A stretch of DNA of 64,000 nt from an uncultured bacterium (GTDB lineage: Bacteria > Fidelibacterota > Marinisomatia > SCGC-AAA003-L08 > GCA-002704045): contig CAYFPO010000003.1 in the NCBI GenBank assembly GCA_964345035.1, positions 73,329 to 137,328 of the forward strand, given 5' to 3'. How positions within the stretch are numbered: the first letter of the stretch is position 1; each line of letters opens with the position of its first letter. The notes beneath the pieces were generated by a model. The model worked only from the letters and a program-made list of their open reading frames with translations, had not been told where the DNA came from and ran no database searches. Made by a program: the position numbers and the translations under genes. Positions 48,529-57,488 of the stretch are shown here, piece after piece.

Positions 48529-49501
48529 CCAATGTACGGCTCATTAATTCACGTATTGCCTGTCTTGGATCTTTCTGATTATATAATGTTTCGTAAACCT
48601 GTTCACAAATAGGCATATCTATTGAATGTTTTTTCATTAATTGATGAATGGATTTTGAAGTTTCTATACCCTCCGCAACCATACCAAGTTCAGATATAAT
48701 CTCTTTTAAATTAATCCCATGACCAATTTTTTCACCTACCAGTCGATTACGGCTGTGTTTACTGGTAGCTGTAACAATTAGATCGCCAAGACCGCTGAGT
48801 CCTGAGAATGTTTTTGATTTTGCACCAAGAGACTCTCCTAATCGTTGAATTTCATTTAAACCCCGTGTAATTAATGCAGATAATGTATTATCTCCATATC
48901 CGATCCCTTTACAAATGCCTGCAGCAATGGCAATAACATTTTTGACAGCTCCACCCAATTCAACACCAATTATATCGTTATTTGAATATACACGGAAATA
49001 ATTATTTGAAAATACTTTCTGGATAATCCTTGCAGTGGTAATATTCTCAGAAGCTGAAACAATTGTAGTTGGTAATTTTTGTATTACCTCCTCAGCGTGA
49101 CTGGGACCGTGCAAAGCGGCTATATTTGCATAGGATATGTGAGTTTCATATTGTATCACTTCTGACATCCTCAATAATGAATCCACTTCAATACCTTTGG
49201 ATGCATTAACAATAATTGTATCCTTTGAATTTATCGGCAGCTTTTGTATTGTCTCTCTAAGTTTTTGTGATGGCACAGCAATTATAATCATTTCATTTGT
49301 AGGTAATTTATCAAATGTACTTGTAATTTGAATGTTATCAGAAATAATATGATTATTAAGGGTAGGATGGGATTTATTTTGGTTTAGATTATCTACAAAT
49401 TCCTTACGATAATGCCATAGATACACCTTAAATCCATTTTCATTTAAGACTTCAGCAAGCGTGGTTCCCCACGTCCCCGCACCCAATACTGTAATTTTCA
49501 C
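48509..49501 (-). CDS. gpsA: NAD(P)H-dependent glycerol-3-phosphate dehydrogenase
   Basis: 330 aa. MKITVLGAGTWGT Rossmann motif, plus GLGDL and KN.IAIAAG motifs. Confidence 0.93.
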   Translation of the reverse strand: MKITVLGAGTWGTTLAEVLNENGFKVYLWHYRKEFVDNLNQNKSHPTLNNHIISDNIQITSTFDKLPTNEMIIIAVPSQKLRETIQKLPINSKDTIIVNASKGIEVDSLLRMSEVIQYETHISYANIAALHGPSHAEEVIQKLPTTIVSASENITTARIIQKVFSNNYFRVYSNNDIIGVELGGAVKNVIAIAAGICKGIGYGDNTLSALITRGLNEIQRLGESLGAKSKTFSGLSGLGDLIVTATSKHSRNRLVGEKIGHGINLKEIISELGMVAEGIETSKSIHQLMKKHSIDMPICEQVYETLYNQKDPRQAIRELMSRTLVDEHSD

Positions 49502-49505
49502 AGAA

Positions 49506-50534
49506 TTAAGCTATATTGCCTATTTGATAATAATTTTCCTGACAGGTATTCAGGTAATTTTTTAGATCTGGAAATCCATCGGGTGAAACCGCCAAAATCA
49601 ATCCAATACCAAGATTCATACTCTGACGGATATCTTCTTCCGGTACATTTCCAATCTGCTGAATCAGATTAAATACTGGGAGTCTGTCCCAACTTTCCCA
49701 ATCGATATTCAATTTCTGATCTGCACTAATAATACGTTTGGTATTACCTTCGATTCCCCCTCCTGTAATATGGGCTAATCCGTGGAGCCAATCTTTTTTT
49801 ATGATAGGTTTGATTATATTGAGATATGATTTATGTACTTTCAAAAGTTCTTCACCAACAGAGCAATTTAGTTCAGATACAAATTCATCCGAATCAAAAT
49901 ATTCCAGTAAAACTTTTCTGGCGAGGGAATATCCATTAGTATGAAGTCCAGTGGAAGGAAGTCCTATTAAAATATCCCCTGTATTCACGGTTCTGTTTGG
50001 GAGCATATATTTTTTTTCGGCAACTCCCACAATTGTTCCGGATATATCATATTCACCATCTTTGTAAAATCCGGGCATTTCAGCGGTCTCACCACCTATT
50101 AATGCACAATTGTTTTCTCGACAAGCAGTGCTAAGTCCGGTAACAACAGATTCAAATACAGTGCTGTCCAGTTTTCCAATGGCGAAATAGTCCAGGAAAA
50201 AGAGTGGTTCGGCGCCAACAACCAGTATATCATTTACACAATGATTTACCAGACATTGGCCAATTGTATCATGATTTTTTGTGAGAAATGCCAATTTTAG
50301 TTTTGTCCCAACACCATCTGAGCTGGAAATTAATACCGGGTTTTTGAATTTATTTTGAGGAAATTCAAAACAACCACCGAACCCGCCTATATCTGTGATT
50401 ACCTGGCTGTTAAACGTACTTTGTACGTGTTTTTTTATTCGCTGGACTGCCTTTTCACCGGCAGCTACATCAACACCTGCTTCCTTATATGTCGTCAATT
50501 TCTTCTGCCAGTGGTTCAGCGTAAATACTGTCAA
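49506..50534 (-). CDS. purM: phosphoribosylformylglycinamidine cyclo-ligase (AIR synthetase)
   Basis: 342 aa. YKEAGVDV, DGVGTK and GGETAEMPG motifs. An alternative TTG start at 50498 (MTTYKEAGVD) would shorten the overlap with the upstream gene. Confidence 0.93.
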   Translation of the reverse strand: MTVFTLNHWQKKLTTYKEAGVDVAAGEKAVQRIKKHVQSTFNSQVITDIGGFGGCFEFPQNKFKNPVLISSSDGVGTKLKLAFLTKNHDTIGQCLVNHCVNDILVVGAEPLFFLDYFAIGKLDSTVFESVVTGLSTACRENNCALIGGETAEMPGFYKDGEYDISGTIVGVAEKKYMLPNRTVNTGDILIGLPSTGLHTNGYSLARKVLLEYFDSDEFVSELNCSVGEELLKVHKSYLNIIKPIIKKDWLHGLAHITGGGIEGNTKRIISADQKLNIDWESWDRLPVFNLIQQIGNVPEEDIRQSMNLGIGLILAVSPDGFPDLKNYLNTCQENYYQIGNIA

Positions 50535-52308
50535 TTACTTCCATGTAATTTTTACAAACAGTTTTACGAACAATACTCATTTTCGGGGTTATTTCTCCTT
50601 TTTCAATAGTAAACGGCTTGGCAAGTAACTTAAATTTTTTCACTTTTTCGTAATTTGAAAATCCACTCATAGCATTATTCACTTCGTTCTCGAATAAATT
50701 CAGTACATCCGGATGTTCAATCATACCCTGGTTACCGGAGACAGATTTTCCTTTGGAATTAAGATAATTAGTTACATTTTCATAACCGGGAACAATTAAA
50801 GCACTGATGAATTTTCTTTTATCCCCAAGAACCAGCACCTGATCTACATACCCGGATGTAGCCAATGCATTTTCCAGCGGTGCCGGTGCTACATTCTTAC
50901 CGCCTGAGGTTACCAATATATTCTTCTTTCTATCTGTAATCTTCAAATATCCGTCACTGTCAATTTCACCTATATCGCCGGTTGAAAACCAGCCATCACT
51001 TGAAAGGACTTCTGCAGTAGATTCGGGATCATTATAATAACCTTGCATAATGTTCGGTCCTTTTGCCAAAATTTCGCCATCATCTGCAATTTTGATCTCT
51101 ACATTGTACACCGGTTTCCCCACAGTTCCAAATCTTACTGCATCCGGTACATTTGCAGATAATACAGGGCTTGTTTCAGTTAATCCATATCCTTCGAGGA
51201 TGGTAACATCTGCAGAGGAGAAAAATTCTGCAATTTCCTGGGATAACGGTGCACCACCGGAAATGAAAAACCGTAATCTTCCGCCAAGTTTTGCGTGCAC
51301 TTTGCTGAATACTAACTTTGATGCTACTTTATATTTGAATCCCAGGATAAATGGTAAATTCTCTCCTGCCAACTTTAGCATGGAAACTTGCTGCCCCACA
51401 CCGATAGACCACCAGAATATTTTTTGGCGGACTGCGGGTGCAGTTTTCAATCCTTCCAATATTTTGGTATACATTTTTTCGTATAGCCTTGGTACGGAGA
51501 GCATTAATGTGGGCTTTACTTCACTCATATTTTCCGCTACAGTTTCAATACTTTCCGCGTAGTAAATGGTGCATCCGTTTGAAAATGATGTAAAATGTCC
51601 ACCCATTCTTTCAAATACGTGGCTTAATGGTAGAAAAGACAAAAAGGTATCACTCGGACTAAAATCAATTCCGTTCATCACTGCTTTGATATTTGATACC
51701 AGATTATTATGAGTCAGCATCACTCCTTTGGGTGTTCCTGTGGTTCCGGACGTATAAATCAATGTTAAGAGATCGTCTGGTTTTGCTGTTTTGACCAAGT
51801 CTGAAAAGGAAGATTCTGAATCAAGTGCATTCTTACTGCCCAATTCCAGAAAATCCAGAAAATTAAATACATTTTCTGCATCGCCGGTATAGCTGTCATC
51901 CATTACTACAATAGAATCAACTGTTGGACATTTGTCCATAATACCAGCAGCTTTTTGATACTGCTCATCATTTTCAACAAAAATGAGTTTAGATCCGGAA
52001 TCATTCAGAATATACTCTACCTGTGATGCAATCAATGTGGGATATACACTTACTGTGACGGAGCCTGAACATAACACCCCATAGTCCGCCATTGCCCAGC
52101 GTGGAGAATTGTTGGACATTATTGCGACCATTTGTCCTGGTTCTATGCCTAATGCTTTTAGCCCGAATGCAATGTCCTTAACCGTGATCTGGATGTCATT
52201 TCCGGTAAGACCTATCCATTCGCCCTTCTTTTTGTAATAAAATAATTGCTTCTGGGGGAAGTTTTCAGTGGTTTGCTGAAACATTTCTGGTATAGTTGTA
52301 AATGACAT
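50485..52308 (-). CDS. AMP-dependent long-chain fatty-acid--CoA ligase
   Basis: 607 aa. AMP-binding motif IYTSGTTGTPKGVMLTH, then GYGLTETS and TGDIG...DRKK. Confidence 0.9.
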   Translation of the reverse strand: MSFTTIPEMFQQTTENFPQKQLFYYKKKGEWIGLTGNDIQITVKDIAFGLKALGIEPGQMVAIMSNNSPRWAMADYGVLCSGSVTVSVYPTLIASQVEYILNDSGSKLIFVENDEQYQKAAGIMDKCPTVDSIVVMDDSYTGDAENVFNFLDFLELGSKNALDSESSFSDLVKTAKPDDLLTLIYTSGTTGTPKGVMLTHNNLVSNIKAVMNGIDFSPSDTFLSFLPLSHVFERMGGHFTSFSNGCTIYYAESIETVAENMSEVKPTLMLSVPRLYEKMYTKILEGLKTAPAVRQKIFWWSIGVGQQVSMLKLAGENLPFILGFKYKVASKLVFSKVHAKLGGRLRFFISGGAPLSQEIAEFFSSADVTILEGYGLTETSPVLSANVPDAVRFGTVGKPVYNVEIKIADDGEILAKGPNIMQGYYNDPESTAEVLSSDGWFSTGDIGEIDSDGYLKITDRKKNILVTSGGKNVAPAPLENALATSGYVDQVLVLGDKRKFISALIVPGYENVTNYLNSKGKSVSGNQGMIEHPDVLNLFENEVNNAMSGFSNYEKVKKFKLLAKPFTIEKGEITPKMSIVRKTVCKNYMEVIDSIYAEPLAEEIDDI

Positions 52309-52462
52309 TTTTCCGCCTTTCTTTAATCTTTTCTCAGGTCGTAATTCTACCTATTAATTCAAACGTAAACCAAAACCATTTTTATGTACTTTTATGAATT
52401 ATTACAGGATTGATTATTGTCGGTCACTTAGTGAGAGACATAAATTTTACCAACTGCTTTTT

Positions 52463-52546
52463 GCCGAGGTGGTGAAATTGGTAGACACGCCGGATTCAAA
52501 ATCCGGTGGACTTCGGTCTGTGTGGGTTCGAGTCCCACCCTCGGTA
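52463..52546 (+). tRNA. tRNA-Leu (anticodon CAA)
   Basis: Class II tRNA: GCCGAGG-TG-GTG..GGTAGA-CAC-G-CCGGA-TTCAAAA-TCCGG-[long variable arm GGACTTCGGTCT]-GTGGG-TTCGAGT-CCCAC-CCTCGGT-A. 84 nt. Confidence 0.9.
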
Positions 52547-52691
52547 CTACTCGAGATACTACCTTCCTCAATTGTATTTTTCATCCATTAATTGTAATCA
52601 CTTTGTGACAATCAAAATATCTTATTTGGCGATTAAGCAACAAGAAAGATCAATTGTCAGGGGTAAATATGCAATAAAGCAGACAAGTAAC

Positions 52692-54149
52692 TTAATTACT
52701 TGGTACTTCAACCGTCCTGCCTTTTCTGTCAGTCTTTACAAGCCAGACATCGCAGAGACCGGCACCATAAGAGCAAGTAGTACCAAGTATGATATTCCCA
52801 CCATCGGTGGTTGGATGCATCACTCTGGCAAAATCAAATTTTGCACCGCCGATTACTTCTTTCCACAGAATTACTCCATCCTTATCTGTCTGAAAATAAA
52901 TCAAGTCTGAGAACATATCTATTTGAGTGTAGCCGGATATTAGATACTCACCCGTTTTCATTGCAACCACAGAATTTCCCCAATGATAACCCGATTCGTG
53001 AAAAGTTCGGGTCCATTCCTCAATTCCCAATTTGTCTGTCTTAATGAGCCATAAATCGGATATATTTTCTACAATGGATTTGGTCATTCCGGTGATGATA
53101 TATCCACCATCTAAAGTTGGTGAAATATCATGTCCAATATCCTCGCCGGGTCCACCAAATTGGTTTTCCCAGATAATTTCACCTTCAGTGCTTAATGCTG
53201 CAACCCAACAGTTTGAATCATCAGCATCATTTGATCTGATAGATCCTGTCATAATAACTCCACCACTTTTCAATGGCTTAAATGACCTGCTGATCCTAAG
53301 ATAATTATCTGAATATTTTTTCTCCCAGATAATTTTACCATCTATATTTATTCCCATTAAAAATGTACCAAATTTATCTGTGCTGTTCTCTATATTGTTT
53401 GAGAAATAGCCGGTTACAATGATATGATCATTTATCCAGATTACGTCATTCGCCCAGTTAAATCCTGTATCATAGATAGTTCTCTCCCATATAATTTCAC
53501 CGGTGAGTGTCAATTTAATAATCCATACTTTCGAGTATTCTGAATTCCCAATTTTACCTGATAAATACAAATGATTATCATTACTCAATACTGCTGCATT
53601 TACTTCATCAGTCTGTTCCCTATCAATTCTTTTCTCCCATTCTTTGACACCCACACTATCTGTTTTTACAACCCAGGCATCCATATCCCGTGTATCCTTG
53701 TGCTTACTGGTGGCTATGAGTAAGTAACCTCCATCAGGACAAAAAATGAGGTCCATACCTTTTTCATTTTGATCAGTGCCGTAGGTATTTGAAAAAATCA
53801 AAGTTGGGTTGATATAGAACTCATTTTCAGCACTCCAATCACTTTTATCTTTATTGTTAACAGCACGAACTTTCCAAATATAATGTCCAATCGGAATTTC
53901 TGGCAGGAGCATAAGTGTATCCTTCATATTAAAAATCAGTGTATTTTCTAAATTATCCACCGGCTGAATGTGCAAATCGTAAGATTTAGAATTTTCGGAA
54001 CCGTGCCACTTAAATGTAAGATGTGCAGTATCACGTATTAATAATTTTTCTAGTGGAATTATTTTAGGTATGGATAATGTACTTGTTGGATTATCCTGAG
54101 ATAATACTATGCAGATAAGTATCACCGGAAAATACAGATAATATTTCAA
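52692..54149 (-). CDS. secreted repeat protein (Fn3-like N-domain plus about seven beta-propeller-type repeats)
   Basis: 485 aa with a signal peptide. Seven recurrences of the pattern GGY.I.G......D.W..K.D..G...WE (for example DAWVVKTDSVGVKEWEK, DLWLIKTDKLGIEEWTR, DVWLVKTDRKGRT). Confidence 0.6.
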   Translation of the reverse strand: MKYYLYFPVILICIVLSQDNPTSTLSIPKIIPLEKLLIRDTAHLTFKWHGSENSKSYDLHIQPVDNLENTLIFNMKDTLMLLPEIPIGHYIWKVRAVNNKDKSDWSAENEFYINPTLIFSNTYGTDQNEKGMDLIFCPDGGYLLIATSKHKDTRDMDAWVVKTDSVGVKEWEKRIDREQTDEVNAAVLSNDNHLYLSGKIGNSEYSKVWIIKLTLTGEIIWERTIYDTGFNWANDVIWINDHIIVTGYFSNNIENSTDKFGTFLMGINIDGKIIWEKKYSDNYLRISRSFKPLKSGGVIMTGSIRSNDADDSNCWVAALSTEGEIIWENQFGGPGEDIGHDISPTLDGGYIITGMTKSIVENISDLWLIKTDKLGIEEWTRTFHESGYHWGNSVVAMKTGEYLISGYTQIDMFSDLIYFQTDKDGVILWKEVIGGAKFDFARVMHPTTDGGNIILGTTCSYGAGLCDVWLVKTDRKGRTVEVPSN

Positions 54150-54169
54150 TTGTGTTTTTCTATTATTGA

Positions 54170-54421
54170 TTAAGGATCAATTCGCGGCCATTTTCCGACA
54201 GGACAATCAGATGCTGCAGTCCGCAATTTAAATCGTAAAAAACATTTACAGAGTGAGCAGCGGAAATTTTTCTCTGAATCTCCTCTCAGATAAATGCAAT
54301 CCTGGCAAATCAATAATCTTCTGTATTCCTCACCTGGAGTGACGATAATGGTATTTCCTCTGAGGAATCGTTTAAGTGTTAACCAGGCTGTTTCCGAGAA
54401 GTCTAATATTATATCAAGCAT
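54170..54421 (-). CDS. small Cys-rich hypothetical protein
   Basis: 83 aa. CQDC...CSLCKC...DCPVGKW is probably a zinc-ribbon-like motif. Separated by 10 nt from the upstream gene. Confidence 0.5.
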   Translation of the reverse strand: MLDIILDFSETAWLTLKRFLRGNTIIVTPGEEYRRLLICQDCIYLRGDSEKNFRCSLCKCFLRFKLRTAASDCPVGKWPRIDP

Positions 54422-54431
54422 GAATCATTAT

Positions 54432-54665
54432 TTAGTGATATTTTCCACAATTAGGGCAATATTGGCTTGTATTTTCTGTAGGGTCTGACTGGAGGTAATC
54501 TACATAGCCATACACCAGCATAGCAAAGAACAATACACCTAATACAACCATTATTATATTGGATTTAAAATGCCAGAATGACCTCTGGACTTTTTCCCTT
54601 CCACAACAATGTTTGAACTTTTTGCCACTACCACAGGAACATGGCGAATTTCTGTGCTCTTTCAT
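54432..54665 (-). CDS. SEC-C motif, single-TM small protein
   Basis: 77 aa. N-terminal SPCSCGSGKKFKHCCG (SEC-C metal-binding motif), one TM helix, and C-terminal CPNCG. Confidence 0.6.
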   Translation of the reverse strand: MKEHRNSPCSCGSGKKFKHCCGREKVQRSFWHFKSNIIMVVLGVLFFAMLVYGYVDYLQSDPTENTSQYCPNCGKYH

Positions 54666-54666
54666 A

Positions 54667-55080
54667 TTATCGTGCCTGTATCAACAGATTCTTGATGAGT
54701 TGATAATTATTTCCACAATTTTCATTGGGATCAGGATTATTATAAGTGAGATTAATTTTTGCTACCAGTTCACTCTGTCTATTGAGAATGAAGAAGTCTC
54801 TGATTGTTACATCCCATAACCCCCAAACGTATGGCTCAAAACAATAATCATCATTATCATGCCAAGTATAGCCGGCGTCTTCACAATCATCTTCATTGTA
54901 TAGAAGTTCCAGTATTTGGAGCAATGTATCTTGTGTCCATGGAAGAACCCTATCTTCTACACAGGAACCTGATTCACAATCACACAACATACAGGTATCA
55001 CTTGAATAATCATATTGTTTTCCATTAACTCCCATAATTTTTATATCCGTATAGCCTTCAGAAACCAATTCAAGATACAT
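54667..55080 (-). CDS. C-terminal (thioredoxin-fold) part of a candidate selenoprotein; annotated ORF starts at an internal Met
   Basis: 137 aa. ...DIKIMGVNG...LPWTQD...RDFFILNRQSELVAKINL is the distal part of a TlpA/redoxin-like fold. The reading frame is continuous with ORF 55117..55977 through TGA 55117-55119 and 12 open codons. Confidence 0.6.
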   Translation of the reverse strand: MYLELVSEGYTDIKIMGVNGKQYDYSSDTCMLCDCESGSCVEDRVLPWTQDTLLQILELLYNEDDCEDAGYTWHDNDDYCFEPYVWGLWDVTIRDFFILNRQSELVAKINLTYNNPDPNENCGNNYQLIKNLLIQAR

Positions 55081-55083
55081 ATC

Positions 55084-55113
55084 ATTTAAAACACCGAACC
55101 GGTGCTGACAAAC
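55084..55113 (-). promoter_or_regulatory. SECIS-like hairpin immediately 3' of the in-frame UGA
   Basis: mRNA UGA-GGAGUUUGUC-AGCACCG-GUU-CGGUGUU-UUAAAUGAU. Core stem 55090-55106 has 7 bp including one G-U, with a 3-nt G/U loop beginning 17 nt after the UGA. A UUU/AAA lower stem is possible. Confidence 0.45.
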
Positions 55114-55116
55114 TCC

Positions 55117-55977
55117 TCATCCGGCTTTACCAAAATAATATCCTGAAACATAACCCTCAAAATATGACGGTCCAATATCTACTCCAAAATACGGTGAATT
55201 AGGATTAATGTCTTCAAGTGAATAATCAGGCATAGGTTCCGGACCGTTTAAGATGACATCAACGATTAAAACAATATCAAGGATATCTACTGACAGATCG
55301 TGATTCATATCTGCAGACATAATTTGGTCACCGTCAAATTCAATATCACCTAGAATATAACCAACAGTAAGAACAATATCTAAAATGTCTACAGTAATAT
55401 CAAAATTTACATCTCCGGACAAATATTCAGGATCATACACATATATTTGCTCTGCCCAGACCTTGGCTGCTCCAACCTGACCGGATTCAGGGACTGTCCA
55501 AGTATTTCCCCCATCACTACTTGTCGTAAATGTATAATATGTTGACTCAGGGTATTGCCATACAGCTTGGGTAGTTGTATCCGAAGCCTGAAGTACAAGC
55601 CAGTAGTTCTGATAACTAATCAGGTTAATACAATCTGAAACAGTACTGGTTAAATATTCAAAACCAAGTTCTTGTCCGGGAAGTAAATTAATGGTCCACT
55701 CTCCCATCACATTGCCAGGCACTCCATCTATATCATCCCTAATTTGAGCTGTTAAATGCCCACCATCAGATGAATATCCGCACCAGACAGAAAAAGCTTC
55801 AAGTACATAGTCATTAACCGGAGTAAATCTGTCTGCCACTGCATTCCCGATTTCTCCGTCAAAATAGATATCATGTCCATCAGAACCTACCGGCAGTCCG
55901 GTATAAAATATTACCGATCTATCCTGTGAAAGGAGGATGACAATAGAACATAAAGCCAAAATCAGTTTAATTTTCAT
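55117..55977 (-). CDS. N-terminal part of a candidate selenoprotein: signal peptide, beta-rich domain, dockerin-type module, start of a thioredoxin-like domain; ends at TGA
   Basis: 286 aa. Dockerin-type duplicated segment GDVNFDITVDILDIVLTV...DMNHDLSVDILDIVLIVDVIL (nt 55243-55416). The tail ...SLEDINPNSPYFGVDIGPSYFEGYVSGYYFGKAG stops where a CxxC motif is expected. Confidence 0.65.
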   Translation of the reverse strand: MKIKLILALCSIVILLSQDRSVIFYTGLPVGSDGHDIYFDGEIGNAVADRFTPVNDYVLEAFSVWCGYSSDGGHLTAQIRDDIDGVPGNVMGEWTINLLPGQELGFEYLTSTVSDCINLISYQNYWLVLQASDTTTQAVWQYPESTYYTFTTSSDGGNTWTVPESGQVGAAKVWAEQIYVYDPEYLSGDVNFDITVDILDIVLTVGYILGDIEFDGDQIMSADMNHDLSVDILDIVLIVDVILNGPEPMPDYSLEDINPNSPYFGVDIGPSYFEGYVSGYYFGKAG

Positions 55978-56070
55978 ACGCTAAAATTACATCAAGAAAT
56001 TGAATTTATCAATTCAAGATAACAAAACTCTGCTTTAAATTAAATATATAACACCCGTAATTTACCTATA

Positions 56071-56919
56071 ATGAAAACAATGATCATCCAATTGACCTGC
56101 CCGGATCAGGAAGGAATAGTTGCAAAATTCACAGGTGTAATTTTTGATGCAGGCGCAAATATTTTATCTTTAGAGCAGCATGTAGAACCGGAAGAAAATC
56201 TCTTTTTTATGAGGATAAAGCTGGATTTATCTGCATTAACTGAATTAGATGCTCTGGAAAAAGATATTAAAAGTTTAGCAACAGAATTCCACGGTAAATG
56301 TAGAATTTACAATGCAGATTATCCCCTGAAATCCGCCATATTTGTAACTAAGGAATCTGCATGCTTGTATGACCTGCTAATGAAACAAAATTCCGGTGAG
56401 CTGGATATGTCACTCCAATTGATCATAAGTAATTATAATAATCTAAAATCCATTGCAAATCAATATGATATACCATTTCACATTTTTTCAATCTCAGATA
56501 CTACAAAATCAGTCCAGGAAAATAAGATCATAACCCTCTTGAAGGATAATAACATTGAAGTTATCATTTTGGCAAGATATATGCAGATATTAACAGAAGA
56601 TTTTGTAAATCAGTATTTAGGGAAAATAATCAATATACACCACGGATTTCTACCGGCATTTAAAGGTAAGAAACCGTATCATCAAGCCTGGGAAAAAGGT
56701 GTTAAAATAATAGGGGCGACTGCACATTATGTAACCAAATTACTGGATGATGGTCCAATTATTGCCCAGGATACAGCATCGGTTACACATCAGCATTCTC
56801 CCAGAGAAATGATTCATGCAGGCAGAGATATTGAACGGCGTGTGTTAACAGCTGCTGTTAAAGCACATCTTGAGAGAAGAATTATTATCCACGGTAAGCG
56901 GACTATTATTTTTCATTGA
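56071..56919 (+). CDS. purU: formyltetrahydrofolate deformylase
   Basis: 282 aa. N-terminal ACT domain and formyltransferase core (INIHHGFLPAFKG, HYV). Its stop lies 3 nt from the stop of the convergent gene. Confidence 0.93.
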   Translation: MKTMIIQLTCPDQEGIVAKFTGVIFDAGANILSLEQHVEPEENLFFMRIKLDLSALTELDALEKDIKSLATEFHGKCRIYNADYPLKSAIFVTKESACLYDLLMKQNSGELDMSLQLIISNYNNLKSIANQYDIPFHIFSISDTTKSVQENKIITLLKDNNIEVIILARYMQILTEDFVNQYLGKIINIHHGFLPAFKGKKPYHQAWEKGVKIIGATAHYVTKLLDDGPIIAQDTASVTHQHSPREMIHAGRDIERRVLTAAVKAHLERRIIIHGKRTIIFH

Positions 56920-56922
56920 ATT

Positions 56923-57486
56923 TTATCTGGTGATTGCGTAGAAGAACGCCTGTGTCAGATTGGATATGTCCTGTGTCATCATCGCTATCCTCTCTACTGC
57001 AGTTTTAGCGACCTCAAAATATACCAATCCACCAATTTTGGGATTTTCCTGAACTATTTGTGAAAAATCCGCAAGTTTCAGCACACCATAATTGACATCC
57101 GTTGTACTGTTTACATTTGCTGTCCGAATTGCATCATCTAATACCAATGAAAATTCACCAATACCAAAAGCAGGCTCCTTTATCACCACCACTGATGAAT
57201 TTGAAACGGGTGATTTCTTTGGTGGAGGTTCAGTAGTCTCCAATCTTATAATGGGCTTCCTGGATGTTGTAAATCCACCTGAAGCTTTAACCATCATATC
57301 CTTTGTAACTTCAACTTGTCCTTGAAATATCAATATCATTGTATTTCCAGTATTTCCCTCTTTTAATAGCTGGGTATTTGGTTTACAAGATTTCAACTCA
57401 ACTTTGGCTGCTATAATTTTACACATATCTAAAGACAGTTTATTAAAAAAGTTAATTTTCTGTAATTGTTCCGGACTTACACTCAT
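56923..57486 (-). CDS. stand-alone cyclic-nucleotide-binding domain protein
   Basis: 187 aa. FFNKLS...LLKEGNTGNTMILIFQGQVEV...FGIGEFSLVLDDAIRTANV shows a phosphate-binding-cassette-like GE...R(T)A. An insertion of about 35 aa lies within the beta-roll. Confidence 0.7.
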   Translation of the reverse strand: MSVSPEQLQKINFFNKLSLDMCKIIAAKVELKSCKPNTQLLKEGNTGNTMILIFQGQVEVTKDMMVKASGGFTTSRKPIIRLETTEPPPKKSPVSNSSVVVIKEPAFGIGEFSLVLDDAIRTANVNSTTDVNYGVLKLADFSQIVQENPKIGGLVYFEVAKTAVERIAMMTQDISNLTQAFFYAITR

Positions 57487-57488
57487 AA

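Noticed and set aside
51050-51562. 170-aa plus-strand ORF inside the acyl-CoA ligase gene
   Set aside because: It is antisense to a well-supported 607-aa AMP-binding enzyme. The Pro/Ser/Thr-rich translation is typical of an antisense frame. The same reasoning applies to the other short ORFs nested in pnp, infB, leuS, nusA, the symporter and the molybdoenzyme genes.
46287-52546. G1-U72 first base pair and missing 3' CCA in tRNA-Arg(CCT) and tRNA-Leu(CAA), considered as signs of pseudo-tRNAs
   Set aside because: All other stems, the loop sizes, the T-loop TTCGA/TTCAA and the anticodon loops are canonical. A G-U pair at 1-72 and post-transcriptional CCA addition are both compatible with functional tRNAs.
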